The position numbers were made by a program, and so were the translations under genes. Positions 28,348 through 38,738 of a DNA stretch of 64,000 nt are shown in pieces. Within the stretch, counting starts at the first letter, position 1. Each line of letters starts with the position of its first letter. Below the pieces are notes generated by a model. That model saw only the letters and a list, made by a program, of their open reading frames with translations, ran no database searches and had not been told where the DNA came from. Source of the stretch: Candidatus Ozemobacteraceae bacterium (GTDB lineage: Bacteria > Muiribacteriota > Ozemobacteria > Ozemobacterales > Ozemobacteraceae); the NCBI GenBank assembly GCA_965140445.1, contig OZ223236.1:96001-160000 (forward strand), read 5' to 3'.

Positions 28348-30312
28348 ATGACAAAAAATGATGTTGAAAGCGTTAACCAAAGTTACTCTTACTTCATTTT
28401 AGCCAAATTTGCAGGTCTTGGAATTTTTGTTCTAGGACTACTGATTTTTATACAGCTTGCGCCAAGAACCATTTTTCCACTAAGCATTTTAATTTCCATG
28501 ACTTTTGTCGCCACTTCACTTAAGCAGCTTGGGAAATCAGGAAAATCAGAATTGTCCTGGCTCCCACTGTCCATTATCGCCTGGGGTTTTCTAGACCTCG
28601 TTATGGGAATGTTTTATTTCATAGCTTCAGGTATTACTCAAGATTTTTTGGCTCAAATTTCTTTTCGTGCCCCCTGCTGGATTGTATTCGGTCTTTGGCT
28701 TGCCTATGTTAGCCACAAAATTGTTAAACAAAAATCTTCAAACAAACCCTTTTCTTTTAGATGCTCAATTGAAAATGCGAAAATTGTTTTTAACCTTTCA
28801 ACCTTGCTATTAGTTCTTTTGCTTCTTGTTCCCACTCCTCCGCTATTAACGATAGACCTGCCTCCAAATCAAACTCTGACGGTATGGCCATTTTCTGCTG
28901 AATTTATGACATTTGATTTATCCGGAGCGGGAAACGGTGTATTAGGAATTTTTTCATTAATACAATCATCCCTTGATAAAGCTTGCTCTCCTGTGTTTTC
29001 TTTTCCTTTATTTGGATTGTGGTGGTTTCCAGCATTAATTTTGATAATCCCGATAAGTTTTTCTTTAGTAAAAAAAGATAACTGGAAGGCGTTACGCTTT
29101 CTCACTGCAGTTGGTCTTCTATGCTACATCTCGATCCCCATTCAATTTTCTATGCAATACAGGCTTAATGTTTTTGGAAGTAAAAGTATTTTAAGCTTTG
29201 GCTACTTTCTTTTGCTAATACCAATATTAATGCAAACCTGGTCGGTTTTTCCTACAAGAGAATCATATATAAAATCACACAATGGTAAAAATAATGATAC
29301 TAACAGAATAAACAACTTTGCCTTCCCACTTGCACAAACTTTATTGGCTGTTTTTATAGCAATTTCATGGACACTGGCTCAGCCATCTATAATGAAACCA
29401 CCAATTCAACGACTTATTGAAGCAGCAGAATCAGGTAACACTAAAGATCTTCCTTATTACCTTGAAAAAGTGAAAGGGAGAACAAAAAAATATGGAGTAG
29501 AAATGGCTCTCTGTGAGGCCATAGACAAAAATTGCGTATCTCTTTTTGATTGGCTTTTAACCCAAAAGCCAGATTTAAATGTGATTCCTGAAGAGCGCGG
29601 AGACATGCCACTCTGGCATTCAATTAGAGCCAATGGAAACTTGGAAATTACCGAAAAATTGCTTAAATCAGGAGCAAATCCCAATATACTTCTTTCAAAA
29701 GGAAGCTTTAGCGATACGGCCCTGGGCCTTGCTCTTTCAATGTCTCGCCACCGCCCCTTAAAGAAAAATATGGATTTCTTTAAGATATTAATTGATAACG
29801 GAGCAGACCTGAATTCTCCAGTAAATGCCAAAGGAGAATTTCCAGCAGAAGTTATCCTTGGAAACGATGACGCAGAAATAATTCTTACGGAATTTATAAA
29901 ACATGGAATGAATCCGCTTAAAACTTCTGGAGAAAATCTTTTCTTCAAAGCTTCTTTAGCTCGAAAACCTGAACAGCTAAAAATATTGCAGGCTGCGGGC
30001 TTAACATCAGATGCTGTAGACAGAAATGGAAATTCTTTTTTACACCTGGCCATTTTCCGCAACTACGGGGGGGATTTAAGACTTTCAGATATACAAAAAA
30101 AATACGCAGAAGATGTTGTAAACAATCAAAATTTGGAGGGAAAAACCCCTCTTCATCTCGCTGTTGAAAGAAATGAACCGCAAATTGTAAAATTATTGCT
30201 AAAGTATGGAGCAAACCCCGAAATAAAAGACAAAAAAGGTTTAACTCCTGAACAGCTTGCCGAAAAAGAGCGATATCTCCGTGTTTTAAAAATAATCCGC
30301 AGCTCAAATTAA
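28348..30312 (+). CDS. multi-TM membrane protein with C-terminal ankyrin repeats
   Basis: about 9 TM segments, then GNSFLHLA and GKTPLHLAV..LLLKYGANP. Confidence 0.85.
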   Translation: MTKNDVESVNQSYSYFILAKFAGLGIFVLGLLIFIQLAPRTIFPLSILISMTFVATSLKQLGKSGKSELSWLPLSIIAWGFLDLVMGMFYFIASGITQDFLAQISFRAPCWIVFGLWLAYVSHKIVKQKSSNKPFSFRCSIENAKIVFNLSTLLLVLLLLVPTPPLLTIDLPPNQTLTVWPFSAEFMTFDLSGAGNGVLGIFSLIQSSLDKACSPVFSFPLFGLWWFPALILIIPISFSLVKKDNWKALRFLTAVGLLCYISIPIQFSMQYRLNVFGSKSILSFGYFLLLIPILMQTWSVFPTRESYIKSHNGKNNDTNRINNFAFPLAQTLLAVFIAISWTLAQPSIMKPPIQRLIEAAESGNTKDLPYYLEKVKGRTKKYGVEMALCEAIDKNCVSLFDWLLTQKPDLNVIPEERGDMPLWHSIRANGNLEITEKLLKSGANPNILLSKGSFSDTALGLALSMSRHRPLKKNMDFFKILIDNGADLNSPVNAKGEFPAEVILGNDDAEIILTEFIKHGMNPLKTSGENLFFKASLARKPEQLKILQAAGLTSDAVDRNGNSFLHLAIFRNYGGDLRLSDIQKKYAEDVVNNQNLEGKTPLHLAVERNEPQIVKLLLKYGANPEIKDKKGLTPEQLAEKERYLRVLKIIRSSN

Positions 30313-30345
30313 AATTTTCCAATGATATAGAAATCGGAGTTTAGG

Positions 30346-31311
30346 ATGAACAAAAATCATGTTCTTTGTATTTTAGTCACAATACTTTTTTTCTTCTCGT
30401 CTAATGTCACCTTTGCCTATAGGCCATCTCCAAGTCCTTTTTCCAGATGTCAGGAATTTCTTCAACGATTGGTTAGCTTTACTGATGAAGAAACTGATAT
30501 ATCGAAAAAATTTCCTCCCGACTTTCTTAGATATGCCTCTGAAACAGGCATAATCGACAGCGAAGTATTTCTGGAGCAAGCGATAAGAAAAACAAAACAT
30601 GTGCCTTATTGGCAAAAAGATTGCCAGTATGCAATTGCTCCATGGGCAAGATTTAAAGACTTAAATAAAGGGCATCCCACAGACATATATTGCGTAAAAC
30701 ATGGCTTTTTGGAAAGCGTATACCCGGATCGGCAAAACAAGAAATTAAATGCTGAACAAATAAGAAACTTCTTTTTAAACAAATGTAGAGATTATGGAAT
30801 CGATGAAAAAACAGCCATAAAGCAAACTCAGCAATTCGATCCCGATCCTGATAACATAGGCCAAATGGGAATCTTGCGCAAAAATTTCCTGAAACTTTAC
30901 CAGCAAATAGGTTTTGTGGGCTTTTTACTAATCCACCTTGCATTAACATTGGGAATTTGGATAATCTTTCTTCCCTTAAAGGACAATAACTCATTAATTG
31001 CAACTGCGGGAATGTGGCTTGGGATTGAGTCTATTTATATGGTTCCTTTCTTTAGTATTTTTCTTGATGGCTGGGGCTCTCGATACATAAGGTTTCCTGG
31101 GGAAATCATTGGAGTAATGACCGCAGCCCATTTAATCCTTATCCTTTTTTCGTTTGTGATGATTTTTGTCCAAAAAGCTAACAAAGAACCTCTTTCACCG
31201 ACCATAATTCTACTATTTGCGTCTTTTATAGGAATACTTGGAATAAACATTATCAGCACTTTGCTTGGTTTCTATATTTTCTTTCTTGTTAGAGCACAAT
31301 ATCGAAAATAG
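30346..31311 (+). CDS. membrane protein: signal peptide, extracytoplasmic domain, 4 C-terminal TM
   Basis: GGAG RBS, hydropathy pattern. Confidence 0.75.
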   Translation: MNKNHVLCILVTILFFFSSNVTFAYRPSPSPFSRCQEFLQRLVSFTDEETDISKKFPPDFLRYASETGIIDSEVFLEQAIRKTKHVPYWQKDCQYAIAPWARFKDLNKGHPTDIYCVKHGFLESVYPDRQNKKLNAEQIRNFFLNKCRDYGIDEKTAIKQTQQFDPDPDNIGQMGILRKNFLKLYQQIGFVGFLLIHLALTLGIWIIFLPLKDNNSLIATAGMWLGIESIYMVPFFSIFLDGWGSRYIRFPGEIIGVMTAAHLILILFSFVMIFVQKANKEPLSPTIILLFASFIGILGINIISTLLGFYIFFLVRAQYRK

Positions 31312-31380
31312 ATATGAAATTATCTTCGAAAAGCCCTTATTTTATCTGGTTCAGTAAACTTTTTCCCTTTTTCAAAAATA

Positions 31381-31409
31381 TTTGAAACCTTGCCTCGTTT
31401 TTTATCATA
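31381..31409 (+). promoter_or_regulatory. candidate ECF-sigma promoter TGAAAC-N17-CATA (copy 1)
   Basis: same motif and spacing as 35094-35122. Confidence 0.55.
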
Positions 31410-31467
31410 TACTTTTGACATGAGTGCTAAAAAGAGCATTCACCAATACAAGCAAAAATAGATAAAG

Positions 31468-33933
31468 ATGTTTATTAAGTCAGAGAAGTTACCGGTAAGA
31501 AGGTTTTGGAGGGCTAGCAACAGAGGTTTTATTCTCGGTGTTGTACTATTAGTCTGCCTTGTAATGGCTGCATTTATCTTTTCTTTTAACAGCATAGTCA
31601 GACAGAGAAACGTTCAGGCTCACCACCTTGCCATAGCTGAAAAAAGCAACTATCTGGCAATTTCAGGCCTTAAGCTCTTCAGCAAGCAATTAAACGCAGA
31701 CTTTGAAACCACAATAAAGGTAGCTTGCCCCGACTTATTTACCAAAACTGCTGACGAATTAGGTTCTTCAATAGATTTAACCACTTCTTCATCTCTTTGT
31801 TCTCAGGTAAAATCCGACTTTCAAAACTTTCTCAATACTATGGATGAGCTAAAAGATGGCTCTGTTATAGGCGGAGGTTTCCCGGTTTGTGAAAAAATGG
31901 AAATCAGACTTGAAAAGATCTCTGCTTTAACTCCAGATACAACCGAAGCGCAATTTCAAGCAGGACGTGATCCAATAGAAAAATGCGGTCAGATTGTAAT
32001 CAAGTGTGCGGTCAGAACCCATGGATTAACAAGAGAAGCTTCTCTTTATCAACAGTTCAGAATTGTAAGTATGATTCCTGGACCATTCGCCCGCTTCACT
32101 CTTTTCGTGAGCAAGACCCCTGACCCAAATTCTTACAATTCAATGGGTATCAAATTTGATGGCCAGATTGACTCAACATATGAGCACCTGCCTGCTGACG
32201 GCAAAAAATTTACCGGCCCATTGGTTTTGTTCAATGGTACAGACACGGAAGAAATCACCGCCTCTATTCTTGAGCGACCAGACACAAAAGATGATGAGCA
32301 TTTACGAAATCGAGGCTGGGTTTTTCTTGGAGCTTCTGGACCAGACAATGAAGGCCCGGTTTTCCTGAAAATCCCTTCTGGTTTCAACGACCAAACCGGT
32401 GGTCATTTCATGCTTGGATGGCCATCAACATCTGCTATGCCTGTTCTTGCTCCGGAGTTAATCTCCGACGACCTGAACTTTGCTCCAGATTCAGAATTTC
32501 CAGGGCATTCCTATAATCTTGGCGGAAAATTTCAAGGCCTTTTCACCTGGGAAGATGGAAACCCTGATGGAGCTGGAGCGAAAAATATCTGGCCCAATCT
32601 TACCGCAGGTTCAACATTCACATCTTCTGACCGGGTTTTGTCGGCATCGACCTGGTTGTACCCTTTTGGAAATAAAAAGAAATCATCCAGAACCCTCATG
32701 GTTGGCCCGGTTCTCGCTGGATTCCTGAAATACTATTTTATCAGGGGCAACAACGCAGCTGGAGATCCCTACAAAGGCCTGTTTGGGGGAATGTCTGAAA
32801 CTGATTATACTAGTCTTGCAGGCGGCTCACTTCCTGACATGGCAATGCTTTGGAGCGGAATTTTAAGCCCTGATATTCCAACCGCATCATTTTTTAAAAA
32901 CAGCTATAACAGTTTTAAACAGATAATGCCATTCAACAGCCTTCCAGACCCGTCACCAACATTACCTTCGAACGGGGTTTCATTCAATTTACTGTTTGAT
33001 TTTATGAAATACCAGCGAGACTACTATCCCCATCTTGATTCAGCCCCAAGAATTGCTCAGGTTGCTTATTTCGCTAAAAAGTATCTGGTTCCAAGAGCAG
33101 ATGCCATGAGTTCATGTCCTATAAAGGGGATTCACCCTTTCAACGACATGGGAATTTTCTTTAAAGAAAATGGAGCATATGACCCAAACTATAACCCTGA
33201 AAACTGTTATTTTTACGGGGACCTTTCTGAAGTTACCGTTTTCAATTCTAACTTAATTTCTAACAGAATAACCCACATTCTGGACCTGAGTAATTGCACG
33301 ACCAATGCCGAAGAAGCCGACACTCTGGAAAAGTTTATCTTTGAAAAAGAAGGCTCTGGGGCATCTGCAGTCAATGTGCCCAAAAAATCCGGCATATTTC
33401 TCATTAAACGCCGTAGCGGAATTTCTCTTGAGTTTCCGGATGCTCTACTTTTATCTTCCAGGAAGATTAAGGTTACCAGACCGATAATTTTAGTATTTGA
33501 TAAAGGCAGTCTGAATATCAAATTCGACATTATTTCAAACATTGTAGATAAGGCACCCGAACAACTGATGACCCTTGCACTATCTGAAGGCGATTTCTAT
33601 TTAACCGGCTCTGGCTTTAACAGAAAGCTTCATGCATACCTTGTTGCAATAAGTAAAGACCGCGGAAGGCTTTTAAAGCCATCATCAGTTATGGCTGGCG
33701 GTCCTTCTAAATTTGAAATACATGGAGGCCTTGCACTTAAAGAAATTGGTCTTTACGAATCATCTATGGCCGATCCACTTAACCACATAGGTACAACCAT
33801 GAAGCATTTTTCTGCAGGCGGAGAAATTCATTACAACAGTAGATTTAACCCATCAGCCCCAACCAGTGACAATTCCAGGATTTTCGCCCTCGAAGGAACT
33901 GTCAGTAAATTTGAATTATCGGGGGGCGATTAA
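31468..33933 (+). CDS. large PilX/GspK-like minor pilin
   Basis: class III signal NRG|FILGVVLLV without Glu5; AxxLAxSG helix; coupled to two pilin-like genes. Confidence 0.7.
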   Translation: MFIKSEKLPVRRFWRASNRGFILGVVLLVCLVMAAFIFSFNSIVRQRNVQAHHLAIAEKSNYLAISGLKLFSKQLNADFETTIKVACPDLFTKTADELGSSIDLTTSSSLCSQVKSDFQNFLNTMDELKDGSVIGGGFPVCEKMEIRLEKISALTPDTTEAQFQAGRDPIEKCGQIVIKCAVRTHGLTREASLYQQFRIVSMIPGPFARFTLFVSKTPDPNSYNSMGIKFDGQIDSTYEHLPADGKKFTGPLVLFNGTDTEEITASILERPDTKDDEHLRNRGWVFLGASGPDNEGPVFLKIPSGFNDQTGGHFMLGWPSTSAMPVLAPELISDDLNFAPDSEFPGHSYNLGGKFQGLFTWEDGNPDGAGAKNIWPNLTAGSTFTSSDRVLSASTWLYPFGNKKKSSRTLMVGPVLAGFLKYYFIRGNNAAGDPYKGLFGGMSETDYTSLAGGSLPDMAMLWSGILSPDIPTASFFKNSYNSFKQIMPFNSLPDPSPTLPSNGVSFNLLFDFMKYQRDYYPHLDSAPRIAQVAYFAKKYLVPRADAMSSCPIKGIHPFNDMGIFFKENGAYDPNYNPENCYFYGDLSEVTVFNSNLISNRITHILDLSNCTTNAEEADTLEKFIFEKEGSGASAVNVPKKSGIFLIKRRSGISLEFPDALLLSSRKIKVTRPIILVFDKGSLNIKFDIISNIVDKAPEQLMTLALSEGDFYLTGSGFNRKLHAYLVAISKDRGRLLKPSSVMAGGPSKFEIHGGLALKEIGLYESSMADPLNHIGTTMKHFSAGGEIHYNSRFNPSAPTSDNSRIFALEGTVSKFELSGGD

Positions 33934-34484
33934 TGAAATTCAACCATTGTAAAGGCCTTTCGATGGCGGAAATAGTCGTAGCTATTTTTATAATTGGACT
34001 TGCTGTCGGCCCATTGATAGCTCTTCTTTCATCGTCAAATAGAATGAGCAATGCATCTATTTACGAAGAAATGGCAGTGCATTATGCCAGAGAGCTTTCA
34101 GATCAAATTCTTCGCTATAGCTCAAATATTCCCGAGATTGTTCAGGACGCTAAAACTTTGAGTGGCAGTAGCAGCGTTACTTTTGCAAAAATACTGGCAG
34201 ACACAGAATTCAATGCAAAACTGGAAAATTATACCACTGGCCCTACCTGCATACCGTTTTCATATAATGGAACCAGGTTAAAAACGCGCATAATTGTTTC
34301 TCCTCTTGAAAAGGTTTTCAAAAAACGCCGACTGGAAGTAAAAGAAGTAGACTCTTCGTCAAACTCGGTTCTTAAAACAGGAAAGTTCCAAAAAGTTATC
34401 ATTACCATTGCGTGGAAAGATCCATCATCTCCCGGTCCTGACCTGAGAGAAGTCAAAATGGGGGTATTAATCAATGAAAACTAA
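33933..34484 (+). CDS. PilV/GspI-like prepilin
   Basis: KG|LSMAEIVVAIFII; C-terminal VIITIAW. Confidence 0.8.
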   Translation: MKFNHCKGLSMAEIVVAIFIIGLAVGPLIALLSSSNRMSNASIYEEMAVHYARELSDQILRYSSNIPEIVQDAKTLSGSSSVTFAKILADTEFNAKLENYTTGPTCIPFSYNGTRLKTRIIVSPLEKVFKKRRLEVKEVDSSSNSVLKTGKFQKVIITIAWKDPSSPGPDLREVKMGVLINEN

Positions 34485-35085
34485 CATTGATAGCCGCCGG
34501 GCTTTTACTTTTGTAGAGGCTGTTATAGTAACTCTCATCGCATGTGTAATTATGATAGCTATTCAAGCACTGTTTTCCCATGCAATACGTTCAACCGTTA
34601 AGGGAACCGACAACCTTGACTCAATAAGGGCTGCAAGCCGTCTTTTTTCTACCCTTCGTGCCGATCTGATTCAGTTAAAAAGCTTCTCTACCAACGGAGC
34701 GGTTTCCACAATTGAGTTAAGTGAAAATGAAATCCCAGCAACAGCAACATTTTCATCAATTTTGCAAATAAGTACCAGTATTGCGACCATTACCTACAGT
34801 CTGGTCGGAACCCCAGGAAGACAGTCTGTAGAGCGGGCTGTTCAGAAAATTTCTTCTCCAGTTGAAAAAAAGAAATTTGGCGTTCCAAGAATGCGAAGCT
34901 TTGAAATAATGTATGTCAGAATAAAAAATCAGATAGGATCAACTCCAAAAGAAACAGGACAGCTGCTTGTAAATATTGTCATTCAATCTGAAAACAAAAA
35001 CCTTCCCTCAAAAATAGTAAAACTGTCCTCAATTTTCTTCCCTGAGCGTCTTACCGAAAGTGATTGGAACTATCTTGATCTATAA
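34474..35085 (+). CDS. PilW/GspJ-like prepilin
   Basis: RRA|FTFVEAVIVTLI; LRADL helix. Confidence 0.8.
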   Translation: MKTNIDSRRAFTFVEAVIVTLIACVIMIAIQALFSHAIRSTVKGTDNLDSIRAASRLFSTLRADLIQLKSFSTNGAVSTIELSENEIPATATFSSILQISTSIATITYSLVGTPGRQSVERAVQKISSPVEKKKFGVPRMRSFEIMYVRIKNQIGSTPKETGQLLVNIVIQSENKNLPSKIVKLSSIFFPERLTESDWNYLDL

Positions 35086-35093
35086 TTTATTTT

Positions 35094-35122
35094 TTTGAAA
35101 CCTTTTAGAAACTTGTTGCATA
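35094..35122 (+). promoter_or_regulatory. candidate ECF-sigma promoter TGAAAC-N17-CATA (copy 2)
   Basis: TTTGAAACCTT identical to copy 1, CATA at the same offset. Confidence 0.55.
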
Positions 35123-35150
35123 GATTGATTAGAATTACAGGAGAAAAAAT

Positions 35151-35999
35151 ATGCCATCTGGAATCTTAAGCCAAAAAACCAGAAATTGTGAGTTTTGTAT
35201 TTTTTTTATGTTTTGCCTGTTAGTTTTTAATTCTCAGGTTTTTGGCCAGCAAACAAATAATCAATCTAATGAAGTTGCAACCCAGACAGAAGCTTTGAGC
35301 AAGGTAGCCAACACCAATAATCAGGCCAAAGCTAAAAGTATGAGCAGCAATTCATCTACCTCAAGTGCCCAATCTAGCGGTTACACCCAAAATGACGATA
35401 CTGCACAATTAGATTCTGCCATCGGAATTTATAACGACAAATACTGTCCACCGGAAAAAACTATAACTGAAATCAACCCCAGCACCTTAAAGCGTTTAGT
35501 AGGAAAAGAGCTCATTAAGCGTGTGGACTTAGACAAATACGGCGACATGGTTATGGTCAACGGCAAGGTTTATGTGAAAAAAGAAACAGTTCCAGAGGAG
35601 AACCCTGAGCCTCAGAATCCTCAAAGACCCGAAGTCCCCAACTCCAGGAAAGACTTTTTCGGTTCTTTTAATTATGCATGCGAAGAGCTTTCAGATGGGA
35701 AGTTCAGAGGTAAATCCAGGGGGAATCAAAAGCCTAAAAACTACATAAAGCTGAGAGCTGCGAGAATGAGCTTCCGCGATAGATTAAATTCAATCAGGCA
35801 ACTTGAGTATTTTGTCCCGCTGATCAATCTTTCAAGCCCATTTCAGATTAGGGGTAAGAGCAAATCAGGTCCCATAGACTTTGCCACATCCCTGATGCTT
35901 AGGAAAACAAGAGTAGCCCCCGGCACCAAATTTGACGATATGCCGTCCCTGCAAAAAATGGACCCAATAGCTTCTTATACGCAACAAAACCAGAATTAA
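35151..35999 (+). CDS. exported hypothetical protein
   Basis: AGGAG RBS, signal-like N-terminus, S/N/Q-rich linker. Confidence 0.75.
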   Translation: MPSGILSQKTRNCEFCIFFMFCLLVFNSQVFGQQTNNQSNEVATQTEALSKVANTNNQAKAKSMSSNSSTSSAQSSGYTQNDDTAQLDSAIGIYNDKYCPPEKTITEINPSTLKRLVGKELIKRVDLDKYGDMVMVNGKVYVKKETVPEENPEPQNPQRPEVPNSRKDFFGSFNYACEELSDGKFRGKSRGNQKPKNYIKLRAARMSFRDRLNSIRQLEYFVPLINLSSPFQIRGKSKSGPIDFATSLMLRKTRVAPGTKFDDMPSLQKMDPIASYTQQNQN

Positions 36000-36017
36000 T
36001 TTTACCAGGAGGAAAAA

Positions 36018-38105
36018 ATGAAGGATTATTTGAAAAAACTGTCTCTTCTACTTGCAGCTCTCATGCTGCCGCTTCTCTTTGCCTGCCCAGTGGGCGCGGA
36101 GGAAAATGACAACAGCGGGACATCCGCAATAAATAACGTTGCTCAAAAGGTTATGCCGCCATTATTTGACTATTATGCTCGCATTAAAGCAAGAAGAGCA
36201 GAAATTCAAAAGCTCAATAGAAGCTATAATTTTAAGGAAGCTGAAAAACAAGCTAATCAGCTCTTATCTGAAATGAAGCAGTTTAGAATGTCTGTAAAAG
36301 ATAAAAACGTACTCTCTGCTGACATTATGCGTTCAGAACTGAAACTTGCCTATGAAAAACAGGGTGAATACCAGAAAGCATCCAGCGCTGTTAGACAAGC
36401 CGCTGCTCTTAACAAACAGAAAAGCGATGCTCCAGCTCTCCTTAAGCTTCAAACAAAAGTAAAACAACAGGAGCAGTTTTATTCAATAGTTAAGGCTCAT
36501 GAAACTGACATAGTTGCTCTGCATAAATCCAAGCAGCCACTTCTTAAAGCAAAACTAGCTTTAATAAAAGAATATTCAAATTCCAGCAAAAAGCTTACAT
36601 CAAAGGATCTTGCTGCACTTCAAAGAAAACTGAAAAAAATTAACGCAAGCCTAAAAAGCATCAACGCCAAAATTACGTCAACGAACCAGGCCTTTTCGAA
36701 AGCATCTGATGTGTATAGGAAAAAATATGACGTAGTGCTGAGTGCTCAACAAAATCAAGCTTTCAGAGCAGTAAGATTCGAACGCTGGAAAACTGTCATG
36801 GCTAACTTCAGTTTAAGCTCACAAGCAACCAAAGCTATGACCGAACTTGTTGAAAAACATGACGTTTCATGGGACGGCTTGAAATCAAATTTTGAGAAAC
36901 TTGCTAAAATTCAAAAAAGAATTATGGACCTTCGCAATCGCATGGCGGAGCTGGCAAAAAAATCTCCGTTGACCAAAGCTGATTTAAAAGTTGCTGCAAG
37001 CCTGAAAAACCAGATTGAAAGCCTCATCAAAGAAGCTTCTGGCTTATACGAAAAAGTTGAAGATGCTTTCCTGGATCAGAAAACTTTTGGTGATCTGAGT
37101 CTTAAAGAAAAATTAGCTTTCATAAAGCTTTTTGCCAACGTCTGGACAACCAATGCCAGAATTGAAAATGCCAAACCAAGCCTGAACGACCTTTATGAGC
37201 TAATCGTTAAGAAAGCTGATGAAGAAAGTGACAAGGAAAAACTTAGCGCAGATGAAAAAGCAAAAGCATTTGCAATGCTCGGCGAAACACCTGCTTACAA
37301 AATAACCACCAAACTAAAAAATGGCCAGGTTACAACTGCTTTTTACAATGCCAACGGCGTATTTATTGGTCAGAAGGTTTCTAACCAGTCAACCTTCATG
37401 AATAAACCATACGAAAAATGGTATGACAAAAATCAGCGGGAGATAAAAACGCCAAACGAAGGGCCAATAAGAATTTCAAATAATGACAGAATGTATGGAA
37501 TCCTGGCAGACATCTTCAAAGCTTTCCCAGCATATAAAATGGAACTCTACTTTGATGGGTTCATCAAAACTATCTATTATTCAAAAGATGGAACAGTTAT
37601 TGGTCATTCTATTCAGAAAAAGGGCCAAAACCAGCCTTATTACTTTGATAGATACGGAAGAGCTATTCAGGATATACCAGATCAGCCAACTCCAAAAACA
37701 GATGTTTCCGGAGAAGGTGTAATCATGAATCTGGAAGGCGTCCAATGGCTTATTAGGAGCGGAAGAAACATTTATGAACCAATCAACCTTCCTGCCAGAT
37801 TCCGGGTGAACCAGCTTGAAGTTAAATTTGCAGGTAATTTCCTTATTTATGCGACCACAAAACAAGCCGATACTTCATCTGAAAACATAGATCAATCGCC
37901 CAATGGAACAGCAGATTCAAATAAAAGAATCATGATTGGCATTCCTACAGGAAACTATCCTAAGATATCTTTAACTGACATCAGTGCCCCTCAGCTCCCT
38001 GACGAGCCTTATATCAGAGATAATATTCTTGCTACCCCTACAAAGATCATGGAAGAGAACATTGAAAATCAGGATCAGCCTGCCAATTTGATGAACTCAT
38101 TCTAA
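36018..38105 (+). CDS. exported coiled-coil protein with duplicated beta module
   Basis: AGGAGG RBS, signal peptide ending VGA-E, long helical region. Confidence 0.85.
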   Translation: MKDYLKKLSLLLAALMLPLLFACPVGAEENDNSGTSAINNVAQKVMPPLFDYYARIKARRAEIQKLNRSYNFKEAEKQANQLLSEMKQFRMSVKDKNVLSADIMRSELKLAYEKQGEYQKASSAVRQAAALNKQKSDAPALLKLQTKVKQQEQFYSIVKAHETDIVALHKSKQPLLKAKLALIKEYSNSSKKLTSKDLAALQRKLKKINASLKSINAKITSTNQAFSKASDVYRKKYDVVLSAQQNQAFRAVRFERWKTVMANFSLSSQATKAMTELVEKHDVSWDGLKSNFEKLAKIQKRIMDLRNRMAELAKKSPLTKADLKVAASLKNQIESLIKEASGLYEKVEDAFLDQKTFGDLSLKEKLAFIKLFANVWTTNARIENAKPSLNDLYELIVKKADEESDKEKLSADEKAKAFAMLGETPAYKITTKLKNGQVTTAFYNANGVFIGQKVSNQSTFMNKPYEKWYDKNQREIKTPNEGPIRISNNDRMYGILADIFKAFPAYKMELYFDGFIKTIYYSKDGTVIGHSIQKKGQNQPYYFDRYGRAIQDIPDQPTPKTDVSGEGVIMNLEGVQWLIRSGRNIYEPINLPARFRVNQLEVKFAGNFLIYATTKQADTSSENIDQSPNGTADSNKRIMIGIPTGNYPKISLTDISAPQLPDEPYIRDNILATPTKIMEENIENQDQPANLMNSF

Positions 38106-38116
38106 AAAAATTCAAT

Positions 38117-38143
38117 GGGCAGAAGGCTAACAGCCTTCTGCCC
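38117..38143 (+). terminator. GC-rich hairpin (terminator/attenuator) before the sigma gene
   Basis: perfect 12-bp IR GGGCAGAAGGCT/AGCCTTCTGCCC with a weak U tail. Confidence 0.7.
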
Positions 38144-38153
38144 GGTTCTTTAA

Positions 38154-38738
38154 ATGGTAATAAATGATGAGGCAATTAAACACGAGAATCAGCTAATCCA
38201 CCAAACGCTTGCTGGAAGAACCGATTCTTTCAAACCACTGGTTCAAAATTACTGGAACCGGGCATTTCAAATAATTCTGAAATTTGTAAAAAATGAAGAA
38301 ACTGCCGCAGACATTTGCCAGGAAACCTTTGTTACAGCCTTTTCAAAGTTAAATCAGTTCAAAATTGGAAATAGATTTTCGCCATGGCTGTTCAAAATAG
38401 CCTCAAATAAATCCCTTGAGTATTTAAGATCAAATAAAAGAAAAAATGAAATTTCATTCGATTTGTCAGATTTGCCAGACTTAGCCCCAGGCCCCCATAA
38501 AAGTCTTCACGAAAAAGAGCTTCTGGATTCGTGTATAGACAGATTACCAGTAGATTATCAAATTCTTTTCGTTCTCAGGCATGGAATGGAGCTTTCTTAC
38601 GATGAAATGGCCTTTATCCTGGACCTTCCAGTTGGCACTGTTAAAGTTGCGCTTTTCAGAATTAGAAATTTATTAAAACAACACTTTTTTTCAATAGAAA
38701 ATCAGGAATTAACCCTTCTACAGGGGGAAAATCAATGA
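38154..38738 (+). CDS. ECF RNA polymerase sigma factor (SigW-like)
   Basis: region 2 AADICQETF..FSPWLFKIASN; region 4 LSYDEMAFILDLPVGTVK. Confidence 0.93.
   Translation: MVINDEAIKHENQLIHQTLAGRTDSFKPLVQNYWNRAFQIILKFVKNEETAADICQETFVTAFSKLNQFKIGNRFSPWLFKIASNKSLEYLRSNKRKNEISFDLSDLPDLAPGPHKSLHEKELLDSCIDRLPVDYQILFVLRHGMELSYDEMAFILDLPVGTVKVALFRIRNLLKQHFFSIENQELTLLQGENQ

Noticed and set aside
29457..30062. 201-aa minus-strand ORF
   Set aside because: Antisense shadow of the ankyrin gene.
26877..31311. Run of unrelated co-oriented genes as an integron cassette array
   Set aside because: No repeated attC-like palindromes in the spacers and no integrase.
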